From: Heterodontus francisci
Taxonomy: Eukaryota
Direction: 5' to 3'
Length of the DNA stretch: 64,000 bases
Assembly (NCBI RefSeq): GCF_036365525.1
Contig: NW_027140807.1
Span: 496,001 to 560,000 of the forward strand
Shown here one piece after another: positions 1-11,034 of this stretch. Below the pieces are notes generated by a model, which worked only from the letters and a program-made list of their open reading frames with translations, did not search any database and was not told the DNA's origin. A program made the position numbers and the translations under genes. Within the stretch, counting starts at the first letter, position 1, and every line of letters starts with the position of its first letter.

Positions 1-960
1 CCATTAAACACTGCTCTTTGTTTTCTGTCACTAAACCAATTTCGTCGCCATGTTGCTATCGTCCCTTTTATTCCACGAGTTACAATTTTTCTCACAAGTT
101 TGCTGTATGGCACTGTGTCAAACGCCTTTTGAAAGTCCATGTACACCACATCCACAGCATTGCCCTCATCAACCCTCTCTGTTGCCTTCTCAAAAAAATT
201 AAGCAGGTTAGTTAAACATGATTTTCCCTTATGGAATCCATGCTGTCTTTCATTAATTAACTCGTCCATGTGACTATTGATTTTGTCCCGAATTATATTT
301 TCTCGAAGTTTCCCCACCACCGAAGTTAAACTGACTGGCCTGTAGTTGCTGGGCTTATCTTTACTCCTTTTTTGAATAAGGGTGTAACGTTTGAAATTCT
401 CCAGTCCTCTGACACCAGCCCTGAGTCTAAGGAAGACTGAAAAATTATGGCCAACGCCTCTGCGATTTCCATCCTCACTTCCCTCATCTCATCTGGTGCT
501 GGTGCTTTATCTGCTTTATGGTCAGACAGCCAATCTAATACTTTCTCTGTACCCATTTTAAACACTCTAGTGTCTGAATTACCTTCTCTTTCAACCAGAG
601 GAAGCCTCTTACCTGCATCTACCCTGTCTATCCCTTTAAGGACTTTGTAGGTTTCAATGAGACCACCTCTCATTCTTCGAAACTCTCGAGAATACAGGCC
701 CAGTTTCCCCAATCACTCTTCATAGGACAGTCCCGCCATCCCGGGAACAAGTCTGATGAACCTTTTTAGCACTCGCTCTATGTGAATAATATCCTTCCGA
801 AGGTCAGGGGACCACAACTGCACACAGCACTCCAGGTGCGGTCCAACCATGGTTCAAAACAATTGAAGAAAGACTTCATTACTCCTGTACTCAAATCCTC
901 TTGTGATAAAGGCTAACATAACATTAACCTTCCCAATTGCTTGCTATATGTGAAGTCTCT
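1..960 (-). mobile_element. Degraded CR1-family LINE ORF2 (reverse transcriptase) fragments
   Basis: Minus-strand translation gives CR1 ORF2 motifs (EDWRISNVTPLFKKG; RMRGGLIETYKVLKGIDRVD), which also occur in the longer CR1 copies at 11-13.6 kb and 39-42 kb. Confidence 0.8.
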
Positions 961-1624
961 ACCTTCCGAAGCTCCTGCCAGGGGATATCATTTCTCCCTA
1001 ACTACTCTATCGAACGGCTGTACCTCCAGGGTTAAAACGTCCCATTAGCTTGCTCTGATCCAGGAAAACTGTCCCAACCTCTCCAGTCTCTCCACATAAC
1101 AACCGTCTCTCAACCATGGCACCATTCTGGTAAATGTTACTTGAACCGTCCCAGGTCCAAGGATAACGATGGCATAGTTGCAATGTCACTGTGCTAATAA
1201 GCCAGAGGCCTAGGCTGATGCCCAGGTTACATGGGTTCAGGCACCGGCACACCCAGTGCAATTTAAACTTGCCAAGGACCCAGTAATGTGCATAGCCCTG
1301 CTATAGAATAGGTAAGGAGCCCAGTGCCACACAGATGGTGTTGCACCGACTTGCCTCAGGCCACTGTTGCTCACAACGTTTGCCAGGAGACACACGGCAT
1401 CGACATCTGGCTATTCGGGGATGAAGGTGTGGATAATCTGGAATCCAGATGTCTATAAATTGGAAATCTACATGTGGCTAATGTGGGAATGCCGATGAGG
1501 TTCGTTGGGAATCTGGATATGTCAATTGGAGATTTCTAATCAGTAAATTAGAAATTGAGTAACAGGCACCCTTGTTGGGGATGTTCACAACACTTACTCC
1601 TGTCACTCAACCGTAACAAGCAAC

Positions 1625-1797
1625 CACGTCCATTCTGATTGGTTGAGTGGTGGAAGGGGGCGTGTCCAACACTGCATCACTTCCTCATGCTCTTCATATT
1701 GTCCTCAATGATTTGTAAAGAGCAGGTTTGGACCATCACAAGGCTTACACTCCGGTTCTCGCTGCTTTGCTTATTTCTAAACAGCTTCAAGAGGAAG
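1625..1797 (+). promoter_or_regulatory. Putative V-gene promoter (inverted CCAAT box, GC box, ETS-like ACTTCCT)
   Basis: ATTCTGATTGGTT, GGGGGCGTGTC and CACTTCCT lie just upstream of the leader ATG. The CCAAT/GC-box block recurs ahead of the second leader (~3541-3580). Confidence 0.5.
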
Positions 1798-1834
1798 ATG
1801 TATCAGTCATTGGCTCTGATAATCCTTTTGCACT
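1798..1834 (+). CDS. TRBV: TCR V-beta leader exon (MYQSLALIILLH)
   Basis: ATG at 1798, hydrophobic signal peptide, phase-1 donor T|GTGAGT at 1835; splices in frame to the V exon at 1956. Confidence 0.9.
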
Positions 1835-1955
1835 GTGAGTGAGTCTGAAATACCAACGTTTTCTCTAATAACCTTCCTATACTCATTCCCTCTTCCTTTC
1901 ATTTCCTAGAAATCCCCTGTTTACTGACCTCTTCCTCTCCCCCACTCTCTCCCAG

Positions 1956-2251
1956 GTGTGCACTCGCAGACTATCCTCCAGACTCCTGCCGCTGTCTCCA
2001 GAGTTGTGGGGGAGGAAGTGGAACTGAAGTGCACTGTGGAGGGGAGCAGTACTCTTACCTTGTTCTGGTACAGACAATACCTGGGGAAGGAGCCTCAGGT
2101 TATGTTTTACTCAACGGGTACTAATCACAAAAATCCAGAGAAGGCGGTGGACGGTTTCACTGCCGAGAGACCGACTGGCACCCAGTTCAACCTGGAGTCC
2201 TCCAGCCTGCGGGAGAATCACTCGGCCGTGTATTTCTGTGCCTGGAGTCTT
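1956..2251 (+). CDS. TRBV: Intact TCR V-beta exon, inverted relative to the main locus (TRBV30-like)
   Basis: Acceptor CCCAG|. Open frame VHSQTILQTP...VELKC...LFWYRQ...SAVYFCAWSL keeps the Ig V Cys/Trp/Cys hallmarks and is followed directly by an RSS. Confidence 0.95.
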
Positions 2252-2290
2252 CACAGTGACTCAGAGAGATGGAGCAGTTCAACAAAAACC
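2252..2290 (+). promoter_or_regulatory. 23-RSS of the V segment
   Basis: CACAGTG (2252-2258), 23 bp spacer, ACAAAAACC (2282-2290): perfect consensus. Confidence 0.97.
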
Positions 2291-3109
2291 CCAAAGGCAG
2301 CAGGAAACACCTGTTGGACATACAATAGCGCGGTATTTCCATTTGAATTGATGCAGGGTTATCATATTTTTGACAATATGAGACGGGTGAGAATAAAATT
2401 GAGAGCACAGGTGCAGAGGCGAAGAGTCTGGCCTCTTTCTGTGCTGATAAGTTTTCGATCTTTCTAGGAAAGATTAAGAAGGGTGGCACCACACTGAGGT
2501 TTTAACTATCAGGAGAGAATATCAGGAAAGCGATTGGGGTTTTATCCACTAACACGGTGTCTTCTTTCACTCAGATGATCAAACACACAACTCTCTTTGT
2601 TCGGAACAAAGGAAGAGGAGTAGGCCATTCAGTCCCTTTGTCCCGTTACATAGAAACAGGAGGAGATCATTCAGCAAATCTCGTAAATCTGCTCTGCACC
2701 CTAATAAGGAGCCACACATTCTCCCTTAAGTGTGGTGACCAGAACTGGACGCAATACTCCAGCTGCATCCAAACCAGAGCTTTATAAAGGTTCACTGCTT
2801 TTGTACTCAATACCTCCATTTATGAAGATCAGGATCCCATCTGCTTTACTAACCACTCTCTCAACATGCCCTGCCACCTTCAAAGATCGATGCACATGCA
2901 GCCTCAGGTCCATTGTTCCTTGCAAACTCTTTCAAAATCTGCCTTTTAGTCTATATTGCCTTTGCCTATCCCTTCAGCCAAAATGCATCACAGCGAATTT
3001 CTCCAAGAAGAGGGCCCTAAAGGACCAGTAACACACAACTGCCTGGAAAACTGTTTATGAAGAATTCAGGAGGATGTCGCTCAGTCTTTTAGAGCCCCTT
3101 ACAAAGGAA

Positions 3110-3425
3110 CATGAGGAGGCCAATTACTCCCCTGCCTCATTGCGCACAAACAGGAGGAGGCTATTGATCAATGTAGAGCTTGTTAGTAGGAATTGGAGAA
3201 GGGTACTTCGTCCCCCTCGAACCTATTAGTATGAACAGGAGTAAACCATTCAGCCCCATTGAGCCTGTTGCACAGGAGCAAGAGGAGGCCGATTCAGTTC
3301 CCCCCTCAGTCTGCACAGGTACAGGAGGAGGCCCATTCAGCCCCTCGAAACTGTTAAATAGTAAATGGGTGAGGCCATTCAGCCCCATCGAGCCTGTTAC
3401 ATATGAAGAGGATTAGGAGGCCATC
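3110..3425. repeat. Degenerate tandem copies of a LINE 3'-tail motif (GGAGGCCATTCAGCCCC..GAGCCTGTT)
   Basis: The motif recurs about every 45 bp; similar arrays at ~33050-33260 and ~56600-56760. Confidence 0.55.
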
Positions 3426-3652
3426 CACATGTGACAGTTTCGGTCAGGCTCTTGTATCCAATTGGGAAATCCAGATGTGGAGATTCGCGTTTCTGATTGG
3501 CGAATGCAAAAAGAGCAATTAGAAATTAATAACCATGCTAATTCTGATTGGTTGAATGAGAGAAAGGGGTGTGACCAAACGTCCCTCACTACCTTGCTTT
3601 CCTCAATGGTTTGGAAAGATGAATTGATGAATAGGGAAAGGTACAGTTAAAG

Positions 3653-3689
3653 ATGTATCTGTTATTGGGTCTGATGACCATCTCCCACT
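3653..3689 (+). pseudogene. Orphan V-beta leader exon (MYLLLGLMTISH) with no V exon
   Basis: AAGATGTAT start, 37 nt, T|GTAAGG donor, paralogous to the 1798 leader with a homologous promoter. The likely acceptor at 3881 leads to TGA after 9 codons and no Ig domain. Confidence 0.7.
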
Positions 3690-5201
3690 GTAAGGAACTT
3701 TAAATATAGAGGCACTGGCAAAGATGTCATAGATAGACTGCTTCTGTTCCCTAAAACTTTCTGTCTGTCTATGAATGATTAACGGGGATGTTACCCAAAT
3801 TGAGAAGATGTAAATATCAGGAAGGAATATCACTAAAAACATTTAGGTTTTATCTCCTGACACTATCTTCATTCTCCACAGGGACAGCAGAGAGCGCTCT
3901 CGGACCGTGAAACACACAACAGCCTGCTCCCTGCTTATTCAGGACACAACATAGGAACATCGGAAATAGGGGAAGGAGTGGGCCATTCAGCACATCGAAC
4001 CTACTCATGGCTGATCATCTACCTCTGAGCCATTTCCCCCCCCCCCACTATCCCCATCTCCCTTGATGTCATTAGTATCCAGAAATCTATCTCTTTTAGT
4101 CTCGAACATGCTCAATGTAGTCAGCTTCGAAAGCCCTCTTGGGTAGAGAATTCCAAAGATTCACAACTCTCTCAGTTAAAGAAATTCCTCCTCATCTCAG
4201 TCTTAAATGGCCTGCACCTTATTTGGAGACAGTGTATCCTGATTCTATACGGAACATCCTATCCACATCCATCGTGTCACGTCTTGTCAGAATTTTGTAA
4301 GTTTCAATGCGATCACCTCTTATTCTTTGGAACTCCAGAGAATACAGACCCAGTTTCTGTAATCGCTCTTCCTAAAACAAACCCGCCATGCCAGGGATTA
4401 TTTTGATGAATCACTGCTGCATTCTCTCCATGGCAAGTATGTCCTTCCTTCGATAAGGAGAACAAAACTGTACACAATACTAGAGGTGCTGTCGCATCAA
4501 GGTTCTATACAATTGCAACAAGACATTTTTACCCCTGTACTGAAATCCCATTGCAATGAAGGCCAGCATACCATTCGCCTTCGGAATTGCTTGCTGCACC
4601 TGCATATTAGCTGTTAGTGTTGTGAGTTCATAATGTTGTGTGTGATGCAAGATAAATGAGAAGCGTGGAGTCCAGTTGGTTGAAGATCACAAACAAGTCT
4701 ATTTACAGCTGAACTATCATACACAGTACTGAACTAACTATTTACAGGACCTGCCTGTAGGTGTTCCAGTTACAGAGTGACACTGGCTACGAGTCACGTG
4801 ACTACGTGCTGGAATTTAGCTCATTAGCATCCTAAGATCTTAAAGGGACATGAGAGAGAGATGGAGAGACGGACAGAGCAAGACAGAGGGAGAGAGAAAG
4901 ATTAACACCAACGAATACAGTAACAACTTGAGGAAAAAACACCAACAAATGCAGCAACAACTTCAGCTGGAGACTACCAGCAACAAATGCAGCAACATCT
5001 TCAGCAGGAGACTCAGAGCAACAAACGCAACAACAACTTATGCTTGCAGCCAAATAGAGAGACAGGGACGTGGCTTCCAATCAGGGAGGTAGGAGTTGTG
5101 AAAATCAAATCACTTACTTCAGTCTTCATGTAGCTCCTCACAGGACTCAAAGCTCTTGTTTCCACTGATTTACAGATTACAACCACAGCTTCCAGTAGAA
5201 G

Positions 5202-5238
5202 ATGTATCTGTTACTGAATCTGATAGTATTATTTCAAT
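5202..5238 (+). pseudogene. Second orphan V-beta leader exon (MYLLLNLIVLFQ) with no V exon
   Basis: AAGATGTATCTG start, 37 nt, T|GTAAGG donor. The acceptor TTTCGCAG (5299) leads into the 45-bp repeat array with an early TAG. Confidence 0.7.
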
Positions 5239-5304
5239 GTAAGGGATCTTTTTCCCACGGAACTGTTTGTGTTGACAATCAACATTTATCTTTTCGCAGT
5301 ACCC

Positions 5305-5603
5305 GTTTCCCACAACTAGGGGGAGCAGTTGCTGGAGGTGCAGCTGTCATTGCCCACCAACAGGAGGCAGCAGTAGATGGAGGTTCAGCTCGCATTGCCC
5401 ACCAACAGTGGGCAGTAGTAGATGGAGGTTCAGCTCGCATTGCCCACCAAAAGTGGGCAGCAGTCGCTGGAGGTGCAGCTCTCTTTGTCTACCAACAGAG
5501 GGCAGCAGTGGACGGAGGTGCAGCTCTCTGCCCACCAACAGGGAGCAGCAGTAGATGGAGGTGCAGCTGTCATTGCCCACCAACAGGGGGCAGCAGTAGA
5601 TGG
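5305..5603 (+). repeat. Tandem array of 7 ~45-bp units, each carrying a CTCF-like core
   Basis: Cores start at 5313, 5357, 5402, 5447, 5492, 5535 and 5580 (e.g. CCAACAGAGGGCAGCAG, CCAACAGGGGGCAGCAG). The repeat is certain; CTCF binding is inferred. Confidence 0.8.
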
Positions 5604-5759
5604 GTTTTCAGCAACAAGAACATGAAATGTTAGAAATCCTCAGTGCATCAGGCAGGATCTGCAGAGAGTAAAACAGAGCTATCGCTTCACATCAGAACCG
5701 GCAAACATGAGAAGCGTTTTGAGCAACTTAAATGGATGCTTGAGCGTGAAGAAATGCAA

Positions 5760-8700
5760 AAGAGACAGTCTGTGATAGGGTGGGGAGGGGAGGGACAGAT
5801 AAAGAGATAGAGGGAGACAGGGAGAGATAGAGAGACAGAGAGAGAGAAAGGCGGAGAAAGAGATACATAGAGAGAGGAACATAGAGACAAAGACCCACAG
5901 AGACAGAGAGAGAGACAGATAGATGGAGATCGAGTAACATAGCGTTTGAAAAACAGAGACAGAGTGAGGCAGAGAGACAGAGATGGAGTGACTGCGAGAG
6001 ACTGAGAGAGAGAGATGGAGACAAAGAGAGAGAGACTGAGAGAGAGAAAGGCAGAGAAAGAGACATATATAGAGAGAAACACAGAGACAGAGACCCACAT
6101 CGACACAGAGAGAGACAGATAGACGGAGTTCGAGTAATATAGCATTTGAAAAAGAGAGACAGAGTGAGGCAGAGAGACAGAGATGGANNNNNNNNNNNNN
6201 NNNNNNNNNNNNNNNNNNNNNNNNNNNNNNNNNNNNNNNNNNNNNNNNNNNNNNNNNNNNNNNNNNNNNNNNNNNNNNNNNNNNNNNNNNNNNNNNNNNN
6301 NNNNNNNNNNNNNNNNAGAGAAAGTAGACAAAGAGAGAAAGTAGACAGAGATAGAGAGAGATAGTATTAGGCACAGAAAGAGAGACAGAGTGAGGTAATG
6401 AGACAGATGGAGAGACAGAGAGAAAGAGAGAGACAGAGACAGTGAGAGGCTGATAGCCAGAGTGAGAAAAAAGAAGAACGTCAGAGACAGGCAAAGAAAG
6501 AGGAGGAAAAGGAGGGAAAGAGTAAAGGGCGGAAGGAAAACATAGAACAAGACAAAGAGGCAGAGAGAGAGAGGGACAGAGCGAGAGTGAAAGGAAGAGA
6601 GAGAGAGAGAGACAAACAGAGAGACAGAGGGAGGGAGAGACAGAGACAGTGAGAGAGTGAGAGGCAGAGATAAGTTAGAATGTCAGAGACAGGCAAAGAT
6701 ACAGAGAGAGAAAGGAGCGAAAGAGTAAAGGAAGGAAGGGAAACTGAGAACAAGACAAAGAGACAGAGANNNNNNNNNNNNNNNNNNNNNNNNNNNNNNN
6801 NNNNNNNNNNNNNNNNNNNNNNNNNNNNNNNNNNNNNNNNNNNNNNNNNNNNNNNNNNNNNNNNNNNNNNNNNNNNNNNNNNNNNNNNNNNNNNNNNNNN
6901 NNNGTAGACAGAGATAGAGTGAGATTGTGTCAGGCTCAGAAAGAGAAACAGTTGAGGTAGTGCGACAGATGGAGAGACAGAGAGAAAGAAAGAAACAGAG
7001 AGAGAGGCAGACAGAGACAGTGAGAGAGTGAGAGGCAGAGAGAAGTTAGAATGTCAGAGACAGGCAACGATAGAGAGAGAGAAAGGAGAGAAAGAGTAAA
7101 GGAAGGAAGGGAAACCGAGAACAAGACAAAGAGACAGAGAGAGACAGGGGCGACGAGAGAGAAAAGAAAGAGAGAGGGGGGGCAGACAGAGAGACAGAGG
7201 GAGAGAGAGACAGAGAGAGAGAGGTCGAGAGAGAGAGAGAGAGAGAGATGCAGATAGACAGAGCGGGACAGTAGACAGAGATAGAGTGAGATTGTGTCAG
7301 GCACAGAAAGAGAAACCGTTGAGGTAGTGCGACAGATGGAGAGACAGGGAGAAAGAAAGAAACAGAGAGCGAGGCAGACAGAGACAGTGAGAGAGTGAGA
7401 GGCAGAGAGGAGAAGGAAGAACGTCAGAGACAGGCCGAGATAGAGAGAGAGAAAGGGAGAGAAAGAGTAAAGGTAAGGAGGAATACAACAAGACAGAGAG
7501 TCAGAAAGAGAGATGGGGCAGAGAGAGAGAGAGTGGCAAAGAGTGAGAGGCAGACAGAGAGCGAGCGAGAGAGAGAGACAGAGAGAAAGAGATAGAGAGG
7601 CAGAGAGAGANNNNNNNNNNNNNNNNNNNNNNNNNNNNNNNNNNNNNNNNNNNNNNNNNNNNNNNNNNNNNNNNNNNNNNNNNNNNNNNNNNNNNNNNNN
7701 NNNNNNNNNNNNNNNNNNNNNNNNNNNNNNNNNNNNNNNNNAGAGAGACAGATAGACGGAGAGAGACAGAGATACAGAGAGAGGGAGAGGCGGAGAGAGT
7801 GGCAGACAGAGACAGTGAGAGTCGAAGAGGCAGAGAGGAGAAAAAAGAACGTCAGAGACAGGCAAAGATAGAGTGAGAGAAAGGGAGAGAAAGAGTAAAG
7901 GGAGGAAGGATACAGAGAACAAGACAAAGAGGCAGAGAGAGTCAGAGAGAGAGAGACAGGGAGAGACAGAGAGAGAGACCGAGAGAGACAGCAGACAGAG
8001 ATCGAGTGAAATAGCGTGAGGCCGAGAAAGAGAGACAGAGTGAGGTAGTGAGACAGATGGAGAGACAGAGCGAAAGAGAGAGACAGAGAGAGAGGCAGAC
8101 AGAGACAGTGAGAGTGAGAGGCAGAGAGAAGAAAGAAGAACGTCAGAGACAGGCAAAGATAGAGAGAGAGAGAAAGGGAGAGAAGGAGTAAAGGTAAACA
8201 GAGAACAAGACAAAGAAGCAGAGGGAGAGACAGGGACAGAGAGAGAGAGAGAGGCAGACAGAGAGATGGAGAGGGAGAAAGAGAGACAGGCAAACAGAGA
8301 GACAGAGGGAGAGACAGACAGACAGCCAGACAGAGAGAGACAGACAGACAGTCAGAGACAGATAGACAGAGATATAGTGTGATAGTTTTAGACACAGTAA
8401 GAGAGACAGAGTGAAATAGTGAGACAGAGATGGAGAGACTGGGAGAGACAGAAAGAGACAAAGAGAGGCAGAGAACGAGAGACAGTGAGAGATGTGATGC
8501 TGAGAGAGAAAAGGAAGAACATCAGAGACAGGCAAAGATAGAGAGAGAGAAAGGGAGAAAATGAATAAATGGAAGAAGCAAAACAGAGATCAAGACAAAG
8601 AGATTGAGAGACACAGAGAGAGAGGGAGACAGACAGACAGACCAAGACAGAAAGAGANNNNNNNNNNNNNNNNNNNNNNNNNNNNNNNNNNNNNNNNNNN

Positions 8701-9068
8701 NNNNNNNNNNNNNNNNNNNNNNNNNNNNNNNNNNNNNNNNNNNNNNNNNNNNNNNNNNNNNNNNNNNNNNNNNNNNNNNNNNNNNNNNNNNNNNNNNNNN
8801 NNNNNNNNNNCAGAGGGACGGGGAGAGATAGAGAGAGAGAGAAAGACAGACAGAGACAGGAATGGAGTCACAGAGAGAGAAAGACTTGTCGCGAGACTTA
8901 TGCAGGGAGAAGAAGATTATAATATGGAGGAGAGAAAGTGTTTATGGAAACAGGAGACTTCCAATGGGATAATAACTCGGAAAAGGGAAGGACACGTGAT
9001 TAATAGGGAAATTTGAAGTGAGAGATAAAGGGACAGAAAAATGAGAGAGAGAGAGAGAGGGGGGGAGA
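5760..9068. repeat. GA/AGAC-rich low-complexity simple repeat with N runs
   Basis: Purine-rich (AG)n/(AGAC)n with internal block duplications; generates spurious SL/ER ORFs. Confidence 0.95.
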
Positions 9069-9098
9069 GGTTTTATTGAACTGCTTTGTAACATCGTG

Positions 9099-9112
9099 GG
9101 AGGTCAGTATAG
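9099..9112 (+). other. TRBD: D segment of the inverted cassette (GGAGGTCAGTATAG) with 5' 12-RSS and 3' 23-RSS
   Basis: 5' side: TTTTATTGA (9071-79), 12 bp, CATCGTG (9092-98). 3' side: CACCGTG (9113-19), 23 bp, GCAAGAACT (9143-51). Lies between the V and a J in the correct orientation; the 5' nonamer is weak. Confidence 0.75.
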
Positions 9113-9381
9113 CACCGTGTTACATTCCTGTGCTCACCCCGTGCAAGAACTCCACCATCCTCTTGCCCTTCTCACAGGCTGCCCGACTGCCTGCCCCAGT
9201 GCCCAGGAAATCCCTACCCCTGCAGCAAGGTACCTCCACTGTCAGGACAGGCAGGAGCAGACTGAATCCTGAGTTGACCATCTCATGGGGCACATGCCCA
9301 CTGAAGAGATAGCAAACTGCCCAGGCAAGGCGAGAGGCTTGCTGGGGGAGGGAGGTTTCAATGGTGGGTTCACTCTCTGTG

Positions 9382-9430
9382 GTGAACGATCCAGCTACCT
9401 TCGGAGGTAGGACCCGACTCACCGTACTGG
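9382..9430 (+). pseudogene. TRBJ: J segment of the inverted cassette (VNDPATFGGRTRLTVL), FGxG altered to FGGR
   Basis: GGTTTCAAT (9354-62), 12 bp, CTCTGTG (9375-81); open frame; donor G|GTAAGT at 9431. Confidence 0.85.
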
Positions 9431-9589
9431 GTAAGTAATGCTCGAGTCCAGGTGCTGGAGGTTGAGTTGGGGGGCAAAAGGAGCCGGTACGCACAATAAC
9501 ATCTCTGAGTTTACCGTGTCTGACCAGATGGAATCTTATTATTGTGTTGGAAGAGGCCATTTGATCATTGTGTCTCTTTGGTGCAGAGA

Positions 9590-10675
9590 GGGGGAAATAA
9601 ACAGAAAAGGAAATAAGCAGAGAAAAATGTGAGATAGAAAAAATGGCGAGCAAAAAATGGAACCAGAGAGAGAGAAAGATGCAGAAAGAGAGGGAAAGAA
9701 ACAGAGAGAGAGGGAAAGAAACACAGAGAGAGTGATGACACAGAGATAGATGGAAAGAAACAGAGAGAAAGAGAGAGGGAAGAGAGAGAGAGAGAGAAAG
9801 AAACGGAGAGAAAAAGTAAACAGTAACAGAGAGAGAGAGAGAGAGAGAGACTGCAGGCAGTAGAGAGGCAGACAGAAAGCCAGTGAGATAAACAGAGAGA
9901 GAGAATCACACATTGAGAGAGAAACACTCCGAGAGAGAATGAGAGGCAGAGAGAGAGAATTTTTTTCAGAAAGAGAGAGAGAGTGATTTCGAGAGAGGGG
10001 GAGATATTCAGAGAGAGAGAGAGGCAGAGAGAGAGAGAGGGTGTGGGAGTGATTCAGAGGGAAGGGGTGTGTTTCAGAGAGAGAGAGAGAGAGACTTAGA
10101 GAGAGAGAGAGCAATTCAGAGAGAGAGAGGCAGAGTGAAAGAGAGTGGGAGCGATTCAGAGGGTGGGGGGTGTTTCAGAGAGAGAGAGAGATTTAGAGAG
10201 AGAGAGAGAGAGAGCAATTCAGAGAGAGAGAGGCAGAAAGAGAGAGAGTGGGAGCGATTCAGAGTGGGGGGGGTTTCAGACAGAGAGAGAGAGAGATTTA
10301 GAGAGAGAGAGAGAGCAATTCAGAGAGAGCGGGAGAGATTCAGGGAGAGAGGGAGAGAACCCAAGAGAGACAGAGATTTACAGAGATTGAGAGACTAAAG
10401 GAGAGAGAGATTCAGGCAGAGAGAGGGCGAGAGATTCAGTCAGAGAGAGAGCAATTCAGAGAGAGAGGGAGAGATTCAGGGAGAGAGGGAGAGAACCCAA
10501 GAGAGAGAGGGGGAGAGATTCAGAGAGAGAGAGTGGGACCGATTCAGAGAGAGAGGGAGAGATTCAGGGAGAGAGGGAGAGAATCAGCGAGGGAGAGATT
10601 TATAGAGATTGAGAGAGAAAAGGAGAGAGAGATTCAGGTAGAGAGAGAGAGAGAGAGAGATTCAGTCAGAGAGAG
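9590..10675. repeat. GA-rich simple repeat / (GATTCAGAGAGA)-type minisatellite
   Basis: Purine-rich repeats with recurring ATTCAGAGAGAG units. Confidence 0.9.
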
Positions 10676-11034
10676 CAATACAGTTCTGGAACATTGACCA
10701 TGGTGCCAGGGTTGGCTCTTTTCTGCAGCTGTCTGATTGATCCCAGTTCCCTCCCACCCTATCGCTATAGACCTGCAATTCCTCCCTTCAGCTGTTGACC
10801 CAATTCTCTTTGTAATACTCTGAGTCAATCCCACCGCCCTTTCAGGCAGTGCATTCCACATCACAACAGCTCGCTGCTTTGTGTCACGGGAAACAGTTTC
10901 GCCTCATTTACTCTGTCAAAACCATGACCGATTGCAAACGTCTCTGTTAAATCTCCCCTGAACCGTCTCTTCAGGAGAACAATCCCAGCTCCTCCAGTCT
11001 CTCCACATTAACTGAAGTCTCTCATCCTTGGTGT

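Noticed and set aside
3913-3952. Possible RSS remnant (CACAACA-22-ACACAACAT) after the first orphan leader
   Set aside because: Heptamer, spacer and nonamer are all off consensus; not distinguishable from chance.
4620-4850. Possible solo LTR with palindromic GTCACGTGAC
   Set aside because: No target-site duplication, primer-binding site or second copy could be identified by eye.
5305-5603. CRISPR-like repeat array
   Set aside because: Vertebrate DNA, with no unique spacers and no cas genes; a plain tandem repeat.
5202-5633. 143-aa ORF with a signal peptide and 15-aa repeats as a novel secreted protein
   Set aside because: It is an orphan V leader read through its intron into the 45-bp array. 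The repeat frame shifts at the 43-bp unit, and the spliced form stops after 6 codons.
9438-9632. ORF containing ESYYCVG as a possible V remnant
   Set aside because: No first Cys, no WYRQ motif and no RSS after the YYC.
5679-10398. Long SL-rich and ER-rich ORFs
   Set aside because: Translations of GA/AGAC microsatellite and N runs, not genes.
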